The notes below the pieces were generated by a model, which was not told where the DNA came from, did no database searches, and saw only the letters and a program-made list of their open reading frames with translations. Below are positions 10,877 to 23,190 of a stretch of 64,000 nucleotides of DNA, piece by piece. Position 1 is the first letter of the stretch; each line of letters starts with the position of its first letter. The stretch comes from Bilabrum cf. latius. Lineage: Eukaryota. Both the position numbers and the translations under genes were made by a program. The stretch lies in NCBI GenBank assembly GCA_965178125.1, contig OZ237767.1:434001-498000 (forward strand). The letters run 5' to 3'.

Positions 10877-11343
10877 TCTTCAGCTTAGATTGAACTTACG
10901 AAACGCAATCGTGCAATTTGCGTCCGATTGCTGTTCCTGACGGGGTGGATCCCTTAGGTACGTAGCCCCGCACTAATCTAATTGTAGTATTGTCTTTGTT
11001 TCAAAATGTTGCCTACTACTATAGATCAAGGCGATTCTGCCGTTTTGATTGGCCACAAATACAACACTCTCCAAGTGCTACTGGCGTTGCACAGTGCTAC
11101 TGGCGACGGACCGCCACCACCATTGGGCGCATCACCTCGTAGTTTAGCTTTCCTCATTCCTCCACCTGTCCAAACCCAATAGATTGGAACATGCACAGAA
11201 ATAGATCTAGCACTATGATCCTAACGCCGTATGGGGTTCGGTGTTGATGCCAGAGTGAGAGCGCGTGAACGTCTCGTTGGGTTCCGCTGGCGGTTTTAAT
11301 CTTCTTCGCTGGCGGTTACAACCGGGAAGGTACGGCGGGTTCA

Positions 11344-11950
11344 TGTTATATGTACTCGGACATCAGGATTGAAGCGACAGGGAGCAGAGGTAAGCCGGAA
11401 GACGAGGTGGGTGCAGGAGGACAGGAGGTGGAGAAGAAGAGGGGGGCACCGGCACAGGCGACGACAGTGCGGTGTCAACAGGGAGAATACAACGGGAGGA
11501 AAGGGGGCTCCAGGTGCAAGGCACGAGGGAGACGCGGGTGGCGGCGGGCTGCATGGCCAGCAGCGCGCAGGGCCAGCAGGCGGGTGGACAGATGGGGCGC
11601 ACGGCAGGTCGGCCAGGACCGGCGGGTGCAAGCTGAAAGGATAGGGCCAAGGTGGCAATGCAGGGAGCAAAGCACACGGTCCCTAGGGCGGGGAACAGGA
11701 ACAGGAAGCCATGTAGCAACGAGGCCAGTCGCGTGCATTGGGAAAGTGGCGTGTACATTCGTAGTGTCAGATGAAAACCGCATTCAGGTGGACCGGTGAA
11801 GAACCAGTCGTTCGGGGTGAAGCCCAGTGGGTCCGCGGGACCGGAGGTTATCTTTTTGGTAACTGCCAACAAGTGAGGATTGCAGCAGCCGTAATGACGG
11901 GCCAATGGGTGTGGTTGAAGGAACAAATCTGATCTGCAGTCTCGGTTCAA
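11344..11950 (-). repeat. ~610-bp element X, copy 2 (inverted)
   Basis: Reverse complement of 2108-2719. Confidence 0.9.
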
Positions 11951-12035
11951 GTTGGAAGGCCTGTCTGTACCGCTAATTTATGGTACACAAGTCGCATCTT
12001 GAGTCAGCGATACACTTCAATCGATCATGATGCAT

Positions 12036-13730
12036 TCAATCTGTGCACCCGTCTGGCCCATCGATGGAAGCAAGCACCTGCTTGGCTGTGCTTCTCACTG
12101 TAGCGCTCCTCGCCAGCAACAAGACCTCGACGTGCTCCCGGGCCCCCGCCTCCTGCATCGCTCGCCTCGTACTGTCTGCCATACTAGCCTATTCATCGCC
12201 CGGAGGCCAATCCCTTCTGCATGTCTCAGTGCGCACCAAGTTCAGGAGCGACATTAGTGCCCCTTGAAGCCTGCTGCCCGCCTCATTGGAGGTGCCATTG
12301 CGGGTGGTGCCCGCCTCAGGAGAGGTGCCATTGCGGGTGGTGCCCGCCTCAGGAGAGGTGCCATTGCGGGTGGTGCCCGCCTCAGGAGAGGTGCCATTGC
12401 GGGTGGTGCCCGCCTCATTGGAGGTGCCATTGCGGGTGGTGCCCGCCTCATTGGAGGTGCCATTGCGGGTGGTACCCGCCTCAGGAGAGGTGCCATTGCG
12501 GGTGGTGCCCGCCTCAGGAGAGGTGCCATTGCGGGTGGTGCCCGCCTCATTGGAGGTGCCATTGCGGGTGGTACCCGCCTCAGGAGAGGTGCCATTGCGG
12601 GTGGTACCCGCCTCAGGAGAGGTGCCATTGCGGGTCAGGTTGTCCTCTCGCTCACGCTGCCACGCACCCACGGCCCATCCAACTAGTTTTGCCACCCGCA
12701 CGGGGCCCAGCACCTCCCACAGTTTGCGGCGAGGACCCCGCCCGGATAGACCAGCAAGCTCTCCCAGGAATGCTGTGCCATTGGCCAGCACACTCTTCTT
12801 GATCTCGGCAACCACGCTTACGCCCCCACTGGTCGCATTGCCCATGCTTGCATTCCCACTGGTCGCATTGCTCATGCTTGCATTCCCACTGGTCGCATTG
12901 CCCATGCTTGCATTCCCACTGGTCGCATTGCTCATGCTTGCAATCCCACTGGTCGCATTGCCCATGCTTGCATTCCCACTGGTCGCATTGCTCATGCTTG
13001 CATTCCCACTGGTCGCACTGCTGGCCTCCTCGATCCCAACTACAGTATCACGACTAGCCTCATTCATGAGATCCCATGTTGCCTCAATCAGCCCCTCTTG
13101 CGCCACCATGGCCCGCAGCAAAACCCCGCCGCGCCCATCGTGTGAAGCAAGGGACAGAGCCTGCCCGAGCACTTGCCGCCTATGGTCCCACCACAGCTGC
13201 CTGGCACTTTCAGAATCGGTCTGATTGAGTCGCACTCCGAGTCCAGGCAGGAAAGAGGCTCCAAATAGCCTCTCAAGCCACCAGCAACGCTTTTCGGCGT
13301 TGGGCGGGCCATTGCTCACGGCCACAGTCCTCCGCATCGACCGCACCGCCTCCCGTAGTATCTCATTCTCTGACCGACCATACAAGATGGCAGCGGCTAG
13401 TGCTTGCCGAGTTTCTCGTGATTGCTCAGTAGGGTGCTATCGAGAGAATAAACACGATTGTTTGACTTTCGCTGCGCTTTCGCTAGCAAAAATCCCACTT
13501 TGCTACCCCCGTGTAGTCATAATTGAATTTGATAATGTAATCATATCCTTTTTGCAGCCAGATTCGATACCACGCGGAGCAGACGCGTTGATGAGAAGAT
13601 CTCGAGAGATAACATCAGCACGCCTTGTGGCGAGCACTACAGCTCCAAGTATCATCACAAACATACACACACGCACTTGACCACCGGAAATTGGATCCGT
13701 GGATCCCGTCAGGCTTAAGATATGCTCCAT
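12036..13730 (-). CDS. Predicted secreted or membrane glycoprotein with tandem repeats (intact paralog 2), ~564 aa
   Basis: Track ORFs 13503-13787 and 12189-13385 are joined through TAGs at 13503, 13437 and 12189 to TGA 12036-12038. Hydrophobic N-terminal CMFVMILGAVVLA. Frame is open upstream to ATG 13880. Confidence 0.8.
12275..12635 (-). repeat. Coding tandem repeat, 33 bp x ~11 (RNGTS[P/N]EAGTT)
   Basis: Directly visible near-perfect units with no spacers. Confidence 0.95.
12825..13017 (-). repeat. Coding tandem repeat, 30 bp x ~6.4 (ATSGNASM[S/G]N), alternating as a 60-bp dimer
   Basis: Directly visible CATTCCCACTGGTCGCATTGC[C/T]CATGCTTG units. Confidence 0.95.
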
Positions 13731-14288
13731 TTCCCACCAGTTTGGGCTGCTGTCCGTGGATGGTGGTTCCACACGTGGAGGGTCCAATATAAGCTCTTCA
13801 CGAGTCGGTCGGGCATAGTTTGCACCCTTGCGCTATTCTTGGTGTTTAATAGTCACACGCTACACTTTGTTTGTAGGCATTTTCAGAGCCAGTCACCGTC
13901 AAGATGTGTTTGCCCACGGAGTAGCACTCAGGCCAAACCGGAACCTCTACGTGCAGCGGAAGATTCCGAAGAATCTCTCTCTGATCAAAAACTACACGTC
14001 ACCAGCAGTGCCACGCTGCGAGCGATGCTAGGAGTTGGGTCTGATTTGAGTGACCACGTTGCAGAGACCCGTCAACGGGGTCTACGACATGAGCTTCGTC
14101 GCTAGGCAACGGAGGAAAACGAACCCACTGCTAGAGATGCTCGAGAAAGAGAATACCTTGCAATTTTTCAGAAAACTGAGGGACTGACATTCAATAAGCA
14201 TGAATCTCAGAGTTGGAGCTGGACTTGGTGGATTTGTTGGACTGTACTGCTTGCAGTGGCATTGCTATCGATCCGTTTCATGGTGACT

Positions 14289-15038
14289 TCATTGCGGTCT
14301 GAATCGCATGATTGCAGCACTGTTGAACAAAAACATGACGTACTTTCGGGTGAAGCGCCGGGAAACATCAATGCTAGCGGCGATTCCGTATTGTCGTTGT
14401 GAAGTAGCGGGCGTGCCTTTCTCCAGGCTGGTTTTGAGCCGCTCCAAAGAGGCGGTGGAGCTGCTTTTCCTTTGAATAAAATTGATACTTGGAAAAAAAA
14501 TCATGCTAGTGATGCTCGTAAAGTGTGTGCGATCTGCAACAGTATTGGCCTCTGCGAATGCTGCAAAAGTATTAGCCTCTGCGTATGCAAAGGTCAACTC
14601 ATCCTGATGAATGTGTAATGCTTGCGAGTTTGTCATGCTTTCAAATTCTCTAGTATCTGAGGCAACTTGAAGCAGCAGCGATGACTACTACTAGTACCAA
14701 TTCGCAGCTCCGGGACCACTGGCAGCTCCACTGCCTCCCTGACGTTGTCCACCACTACTAGTAGCCCGGCAGTAAATGAAGTAGAGCTCAAGCCCTAATC
14801 CTCCATACTCGTCCTCATGTGCTGCACCTCGATCCTACTGCATCATGTCTACGCCGGCTAGCCAATCCACCCGACGAGAACTCGCCCAGAGCTCCTCCAT
14901 TTTGCCCGTTGTCTCTGCATTGTCGGTTTTCACGACCTACCCACGCCAACTAGGGTGCTGCACATCATAGGTCACGCCTGTGCAGGCAGCATAATCAGTC
15001 CCTGCCACACTGTTGTGAGTGGGGATTGCCAATGGCAT
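14289..15038 (-). CDS. Possible hypothetical protein (~249 aa with TAG=Gln)
   Basis: Frame open from ATG 15038 to TGA 14289 with five TAGs, including TAGTAGTAG. No recognisable domain; could be chance. Confidence 0.25.
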
Positions 15039-15049
15039 GATCCGAGTCG

Positions 15050-18000
15050 ATGGCACGTTACGTTACACGCCGCATGATCGATATCCCCACTAAGAATTTG
15101 GCAAGCACAGCATCATTCTGGCTTTTCTCAACAACCATGACCATGGCTTCGATTGTGTTGCTGCTAGTAGCATTGTGCAGTTCTTCCGTGGAGACGGTAG
15201 CCGAAATCGAGGGCAAGCCCGATTTGAGTGCGCCTGAAGCACAAACAGAGTATCCTGAAATTGCCGCACACGATTGCCTGGATCGATTACATGATGGGAC
15301 ACTGTGGTCCTTGCTGTCATCCTGGATAGACACTCGCATAGAAGCCAGCTAGAAGGTATAGCTCTCCAGGGTACGTAACTTGACCAGTCTAGCCGTGGAG
15401 TGCATGGATCCAGCGAGTTATTTGCTTAGGTATAAAGTAGCACCAATTATGGTGCGATTACTCCGGTCTAAATACGATAATGTTGCCAGGGAAGCTGCAG
15501 TAGGCATCGTATCCATCGTTCAAGGTGACAACAAGAACTCGTTCGCCTTCATCAGTGATCAAGAAGTGCTTCAATCCCTCGTGAATTTAACCCAGAGCTA
15601 GTTATAGACTGGTATGGCAACGATTGCCTCGCAATCCTGTGGCATATTGGCAGCCAGAGCCGATGCTATCGCAGCAATTTCTGAGGCAGCTGGTGCCACC
15701 CAGATATTGATGGCTGCCAACGCACACGGAGCCCTGGTGCATGCAGGCGGGCAACTTATAAAGCTCATAAGATAGCTGGACTGCGCCGCCGAGCATTTGA
15801 ACGGTTGCTACCGCGCGGCATCCTCGGTGGCGCGCGCTATGGAGGCGATGGCGAGGAGTAACACCAACTTCAGCACAAAGCTTAGCATGTTACGCGCAGG
15901 TGCCGTGCCTATGCTTTTCGGCATATTGAACATCAGCGACTCTCGGCAGTGCATGGCCCAAAGGGGGTCGACTGAAGGCACAGGTGGTGCAATCATCGAT
16001 GCAGCCGAGGCCCAAGTGGCAGCAGCAGATGCGCTGGCTCAGCTGGTAGAGGACATGCAGGAGCAGTCTGCGCCCGTCACGAGATATGAGAGACGATTTC
16101 AGCAGTGTTACACGCCGCTGTCGACCGTCCGGGGAGCATTTTCCAACGAGTCCTTCTTGGCGGTAATCGGGGCCAGGCAGGAGACGTGCAGGCCCAAAGA
16201 GACAGACAGGCGAGCTGCTGTGGCGCCTGACATGTACCCATGCATGGACAGAATAGACATTGACGTTGATCAGGAGCACTGGGAGCTGCACGACATCCTT
16301 AGAAGGACAATTGCCAGGAAAGCAAGCGCAAGGGTGCTGGAGCAAGCGCTCGTGTCTCCCTATGGACATGTGGCAGAAAGAGCCGCCCGGGCCATTCACC
16401 ATATCGCAAGGAGGGGCGGCACACTTCGGACGGTCTTCCACTCGCGCCCAACGCTTGTGCGGTAGCTCGTGCATATGGTGAGGAACGGCACGCTGGGGTA
16501 GCAGACCTGGGCGGCTGCAGCTTTGGGCAGTATCGCGGACGAGCATGGGAGAGCCGACGTGCTGCGGGTGTCCCCATCGCCTGCCATTGCAGTAGCTGGG
16601 ATGCTCACTCGGATGGACCAGTGCTTTGCAAGGACAAATGCAAGCTCGGATGGGAGTACCCCGGGCTTGCCTGGTCAAGGCCGGTACGGAAGAGAGCTGT
16701 AGACGTGTCCCCATCTCCTGTCCAACGCCACTGACGAGGATATCGAGTATGCGCAGGGCATGGCTGCGCGTGCTCTGTCTACGTTCATGCAGGCAGGGTA
16801 CCGGGGAGTGCAGGCTTGGTCCAAGCCGCTAGTTCGAGATTGGCCCAGAAATGAATCCCAACCCAGTGACTGGAAGGGGTAGCCACCGTCTGTTGCAGTG
16901 AGCCAGGATACGCTTGCAAATGTATCAACGGTAACAAATGACAACATTTTTGCCCGGGTGAATGCATCTACAGTCATAGCTTCGCTGCTACGGATGGCAG
17001 AAAACGGCCGCAAGAACGTCTCGTTTGGCCGGCAAATGGCCTTGTCTGCCCTGGCCAGGCTGGTACAGCACGGGTCTTCGCACCACGTCAGGGAGGTGCT
17101 TCGCCAGGGTGGTGCCACGGCAAACTCTAATAGCAACAGCAGCACGCTGGTCCACAGATTGCTGGACAGGCTCCAGCGATCTCCTTGGGACAATGCCGCA
17201 AACTAGCGCACGATGATGCACGCTGCACTTCTTGCAGGTCAGCTTGCTAAGCGAAGCAAACATGTAGCCTGGCAAATCGGCAATGCAACCGAAACTCTGA
17301 ATGAGCTCATTCGACGCTCTGCGAAGGCTGAAGGGCGCCTCAAGCTGCGTTTGCTGCTTTCTATCGCATGGCTCTCTGAGTCCAGCGACTCGATCGCGTT
17401 TATGAACAAGACCGGATTCCTGCACGACCTAGCCAAGCCGATACTGGCGCGAAGTGACAGCAGCAGGTACGGCTCTGAAGCAGAATGCAAGCGAGCCGTT
17501 CTCCTCGTTATTGGGGCGGCGGTGCAGCGAGAAAGAGGCAGGTGCTACCCGTGGGTGGTGAACAGCGGCATTGTGCCATTGATCACTGAGAAGCTCCGGA
17601 GCAGCAAGTGGATCAGTATTCAGGACACTGCAGCTCGGGTTTTGTTCACAGTTACAAGAGCAGACAAGCTTGGAGAGCGTGTGGTGACGACTCGGGACTT
17701 CGGTGTGCTCGAGGCAGTCGTGGATTGGCTGACAGGCCACATCGAACACGGCAGGGATGTCACGATGGGGAATGCTTCGACCTCTGCGCAAGCAAACAAA
17801 TGGATTAGGTTTAGTCCCGTTGCATCTACTCTTGCGGGCGTTTTACACGTAGTGTCAGCTGGGAACCGCCCGGTGATCCATCGGGCGCTTGACAGGGGCA
17901 TCGTTCCCACCCTCTTACGCATGCAAGACCAACCCTTAGTTGCCCCTGTGGAGTTTGCCACTGCTGCACTTGGCAGCTTGCTGACTGGGAACAGCACGCA

Positions 18001-20623
18001 GGTCAAGCGAATTATGGGTATCAAACGATCTAGCGCTAGCGCAAGTGTTCATACAGAGCTACCAGCGATCTCACACGTGATGGTTATGGCACCTCGTGAG
18101 TCTCGCAAGGTATCTACCCGACAAGTCTACGACGAGAGTGCCGTTGTTGCTGCAATGAGTCGACTGCTGTGGGATCCCGACGCCGATATTGCAGAACGAG
18201 CTGCTATGGCTCTTGGCTTTATCGCATCGGAGAAAGGTGACGAAGCTCGAGCAATTCTAGAGCATGGCAAGGAAGCTGTTGCATTCAGGCCAGGGGCTCG
18301 TTTGCTGTCTCGTTTGTTTACTCAGCTGGCCTCCTACCGCGGGGATGAGAGCGGGCAGGCTGCCAAGGCTATCGCGTGGCTGTGCAACGCTGAGTAGGAT
18401 TTAATATAGGAGGTGCTTCAGTTCAACGAAGGCCGGATTTTGCCCCGGCTGTTGCGGCTGGTGCATCGCAAAACAGGCACCGCTGCCCAGGAAGCCCTCC
18501 GGGCCATCGGAAACCTGATGAAGCATCAGCCGAAAACAGTGGGACGGCTCGTATCTGGAACTTGGCTGGGACTTGGTCATAGATTTGTCAATCACACGAT
18601 GCAAATCATTGAAACTGATGGTACAATCCACCACTCCGACCGAAGTGCTAGGCTGCTTCGATTGGCCCTGTGGGCGGTGGATCACACGATTACCGCGAGC
18701 GATATGCTTAAGCTTGATTTTGAGCGACAAGGGCTGTACACGTTGCTTGTCCGACTCACGAACGAAGCGCAAGATAACTGGACATTTATAGAGAGACTTC
18801 GAGTGGACGCTGTGGTCAACAAGCTGCGGCCAGAAGGTGAGACAGAGGGTGAACTGAGGAACGAGGACGAGACCCACAACAGTACACAAGCTCTTGCCAA
18901 CTTAATGCAAGCAATCAGAGACCTGCCCCTTATGCGTATGCTTGACATGGATCAAATAGTGAACGATATCAGGAAGCACGCTGACGATCCCCAATCTGCA
19001 ACCATTGCCGCCCAACTCTTGGGGCACATGTTTTCCTCTGGGGACTACGTGTAGAAGGACATGCTCGTGACAGACGGTAGGCTCATTCCAGCGCTGCTTG
19101 ACATGGTAGTCTCGGGGAATCCTGATGTTTCCCAGCGTGCGCTGGAGAGCACAGAGGTTATTCTCAAGGTGCAGGGGGGGGGCAACTACACAGCCGCAGT
19201 GCTGGGCGCCGGTGGTCTCGACAGCCTAGTCACGGCACTCAACTCAACGGATGCAAGATCAGTGGCACTGGCTGCAGTGTGCATCGGTCACGTGTGTGCC
19301 GACGTGCAGGCCACCAGGGCAATTATCGCGGAGAGAGGTGGCCTTGAGATGCTTGGCTAGGTTATATAGAGTGGTGCAGGGGGTGTCCTAGGCACCACTG
19401 CGGCGCTCTACGCCATCGATGCGGTGGTGACAGGAAATAGGGATCGATCGAGGCATGCGGCTGAGCTGGGACTAGCCCGTACAGCCATCAGTGGTGTGCT
19501 GGAAGGCATAGGCCTGCTGACTGGTGCTGTCTCAAAGGATCGTAATCGAGCTTAGCACATGATCCGACATGGTGCTGGCATCCTAGGCCAAGTCCTAAGG
19601 TACCTGCCGGTCACGCAGAGCGGTGCAAAGAGCACGGACATCATCCAGGTGCTTGGTTTAGCTATCAAGACGCTGAGGTAGGCCCATATGGAGGGCCAGA
19701 AAGCAGACGACCAGGCAGTGTACGAATCCGCCATGGCCCTTGTGCACCTTGCCAATGACACGATCGCGCGCAACCTGCTGCAGAGGGAGGGCGGCCTGGA
19801 TTAGCTGCATGCTCTTTCGCTGGGAGATGGTCCAATGCGCAGTGAGGACAGATTTGCTCTTAATGCAGCCATGGATGCTGCTGGACTAGGCTCAAGCGTC
19901 TGGGATCGTGTGGCAATGCTGTTTGGCTTTGGGTCTGGCAGGGCAGTAAGGAACGTGACAGGCTCCATGGTCATTGATTTAACGCAGAATGATCAGCAGC
20001 ATCAGCAACTGCGCAGCATCGCCAAAATTCTTGGCTCTACGTCCGATTGGCTCAGGGAAGCGAATGCGTCCGACAGCGCGAGCAACGCAACACTCCGGAT
20101 GGTGAGCAATCTCTAGGAATCTATCAAGAAGGGACGAGAGACGTTGTAGTGCGACTAGAACCTGCTACATAACTTGAGCACGATCCTGGTCGACATTATC
20201 AATGCCACGGATCTTCCCCACAACCGTAGTGAGGGGCGGCACACGCCGGATACCTGCCCTGTCCCTGATAGTGCAAAGATCAACGGCGCCAACTACTTTG
20301 CGAACATATGCGATGCGGGCGTGTCATCAGCGGAATCGTAGCAAAGAGTATGCCTTTTAAACGCTCAGGAAACTGCGTTGGTTGGGTCTAGCAGTAAAGC
20401 GCCGGGCCAGCAGGGTGCAACAACGGCGGCACCTGGTGCAGCAGGTGACCGAGACATTGGCCCACTGCGTACGCCACAACAGAGACTTGCTTCGGCTTGC
20501 CGTGAAGTCTTGCGGGAATTATCCGGAAATGCGCCCAAATGCAGCGACTCATCGGAGTCCGCTCATCCGCAGGATCTAGATCCGGATAGCGAGACGCATC
20601 GTACGGATCGAGATCAGAACTAA
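15050..20623 (+). CDS. Large armadillo-repeat protein with predicted signal peptide, ~1830-1857 aa
   Basis: Nine track ORFs in one frame, joined by about 22 TAGs with no TAA/TGA until TAA 20621-20623. ARM-like units (GAVPMLFGIL, GIVPLITEKL..AARVL, GIVPTLLRM, ILPRLLRLV..ALRAIGNL, GGLDSLVTAL). MASIVLLLVALCSS at ATG 15143. Confidence 0.88.
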
Positions 20624-20919
20624 TCTCGATCATCGCCGTCCATTCGGGCTAGTGGACTTTCAATATCCATCCAGAATGAGGACCGAAGATTATCCAGGAT
20701 CTTTAGACGGTGCAGTCTGCATTGACTGTTCATGATTGTATAGTTAAGTTGCTTGGTTTCAAAGTAGTCCTGAGTATGGATTTGCGACTCGCTCTGCGTT
20801 GTCTACGTTGGTGGGAAGGCTAAATGCCCTGTATTGTTACTAAAACCCCAGAAGACTTGTTTCCCAGTCGGCCCTGCTTGTGCTTGGATCCCAGGGTTCC
20901 CGGATCCAGCATTTACAAG

Positions 20920-23115
20920 TCAGGGAACGCTGCATGCAACCAGTCTCACATCATTCTTGTTCATGTACTGCCCGACCCCCACGGGGCCCAAGTACCTGCC
21001 CCGCCATCCGGATAGGCTTTGCCCATCGCCGGCGGTTCGGTTCGAGTCGATCATGAGGCAGTCCAAAACGAAGTCCGAATCGGACGCAAGTTCAACCGCA
21101 TGGGCGTCAACCTCCTGTGCCGGGTTGATCAATGTCGTGTTGACCGAGGTGCAACCGCCGCAACTTTTGACTCGCATGCCTTCTCCAGGCGTATCAGCGA
21201 CGGTGTTGCCTTCCCAGCTCAAATGCTGAAACAAGCGCGGCGGCATCGTCCAGTTGTTCCAGGTCAGGCCATTTCCGCCGATCTCGGCGGCGAGCCCCGC
21301 CGTCAGTGCCGCCTAATTGCCTCGCACCTTCACATCCCTCAGACTCGCCGACCCCTCCATGAAGAACTGCTCAGGGAATAGCGTGATGGCCCATGAATGC
21401 AAGTTGGAGAAGCGGTTGTTCTCCACTGTGCCGCCCACTGACTTGAACTTCATCCCTGTCACGTACCCGTTCCCGAAACTGCAATCGCGGACCGTGGCTC
21501 CAGCCGACGTGAACTTGCTGAACTCGACCACATCGAAGCGCCGGACGCCTGCCCACGGAATTGCATCACCAGCGGTCGACGCATCTCCACTTTCATTGAG
21601 GGCCAGCGGATCCCGCAGGCTGAATTCGTAGAGCACACTGAATCTGGACACGACCTGGGTGCGGTTGAGCGACAGCAGCAGTGAGTCGGCCTGCGCCAGC
21701 TCTGCCTGCGTCTTGCTGTCCGAGCGACGGATGCCGGCGGCAGCAATCGGCAGCCAGCCCGCATCCTCAAACGTGTTTAGCCGAAACACCCGGAACGAAT
21801 CTCCACCCACCGCGCGCGAGAGCGGGTCGGCCACCTCCGTGGTCCCAGGATCGATCCCCTCTGCCTTGGCCGCCACCTACACCCTCCACTGTTTCAATTC
21901 CGGGTCCCTCCACGGTGCCCTCCAGACCAGCGAGAGCGACCCATGGATATTGATGTGGTCGTCGCCGCTCCGATCGAACTAAGATGCCTCAACAAGGGGG
22001 CCCCGCTCCACGTCTGCAACGTGGAGACCGTCCGCGTTGGTGCCCATCATAGGGAGCTCCGAGCTGTCGGGAGCATCCTGCCCGGCGCTGTGCGCCACGT
22101 GCTTGCACATGGGCCCGAACTCCACGGGACTCGCTTTGCACGCTTCCTTCAGGCCCTTTGGGGGCTCGAACGTGCTTGCCCCGGGCCCGATGGACAGATT
22201 CCGGTAGGTGCTCGCACCTCCACCCGCGAGCTCGAGGATGCCGAAGCCCGTGCTTGCGCGCAGCGAGACATTTTCCAGCACGAGTCCGGTCGTGTTCGAG
22301 AACACAAGGGCCCTGCTTCGTCTCGGGCACAAGGTAAGCCGCCTGTTCGGGCCAGTCGCGTTCGTCCAATCGATATCTGCGCCGCGAGACACGTTCAGCT
22401 CGAATCTGTCGGGCAAATGCGGGTTACGTCTCGCATCATGAGCAAGAGTCATATATCCATACTCTCTGGCGAGCATGGGCCTGCCCGGAGCTGTCAGATC
22501 AAAGACCTGCAGCGTCACAGTCGTATTATGGATCCATGGTGACAGTTCAGGATCCAGCGAAGACCCCGCTAGGTGCTAGTACTGCAGCAAACTACCATTA
22601 GATTGAACGATATACCCTTGGGAGTAGGGTTTCGGGAAATAGTCAATCGAGACGTTTGTGATCCGCAAGTTGTTGCAGTTCGTCGACCGAACTGCCATCT
22701 GAGGCAGCTCTGGCGGGAACAGCATATATGTGCCTAATTCAGACCCCTGAACTAATAAATCTTTTGCCGAAGAAATGTTTAGGGTCTGCTTGAATATATA
22801 AGTGGTTGCATTAAGGCGCACGGTGCGACGGCTGGAATATATCGCGGTATCCGTGGATCCAGTGCCTCCTGCAACCACGCTCCGGGCTGCACAGGATAGC
22901 ATTGTGCACAACAAGCAATAGCATATGCTACAAAAACTTTTCCCGATATACTCTAGCTTTGCATGACCGCGTGTAAGCGAATACCCGGAGGATCCCACAA
23001 AAATCCGAATCCAAAGGATCTCCACAGAAAATAGTGCTGTAATCAGCTTCTGACATACCATCTGTACTGGGAAAGAGTCTAGAAAATTTCTTAAGGTCAT
23101 ATCACTCTTATCCAT
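20920..23115 (-). CDS. Right-handed beta-helix glycoside hydrolase, GH110 (alpha-1,3-galactosidase)-like; start uncertain
   Basis: Four track ORFs in one frame, joined by TAGs and ending at TGA 20920-20922. Motifs SIDYFPKPYSQG, GTNADGLH, FDRSGDDHINIHG, GGTVENNRF, FFMEG. Confidence 0.7.
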
Positions 23116-23190
23116 GCAGGTAAGTATCAGTTAGCAAGACCTGTTAGCTGTGCAGGTACTCAGTTGCAGTCCACGTGGACGACGATAGGA

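Noticed and set aside
12275-13017. CRISPR-like array
   Set aside because: Units are contiguous, have lengths that are multiples of 3, lack unique spacers and lie inside a CDS.
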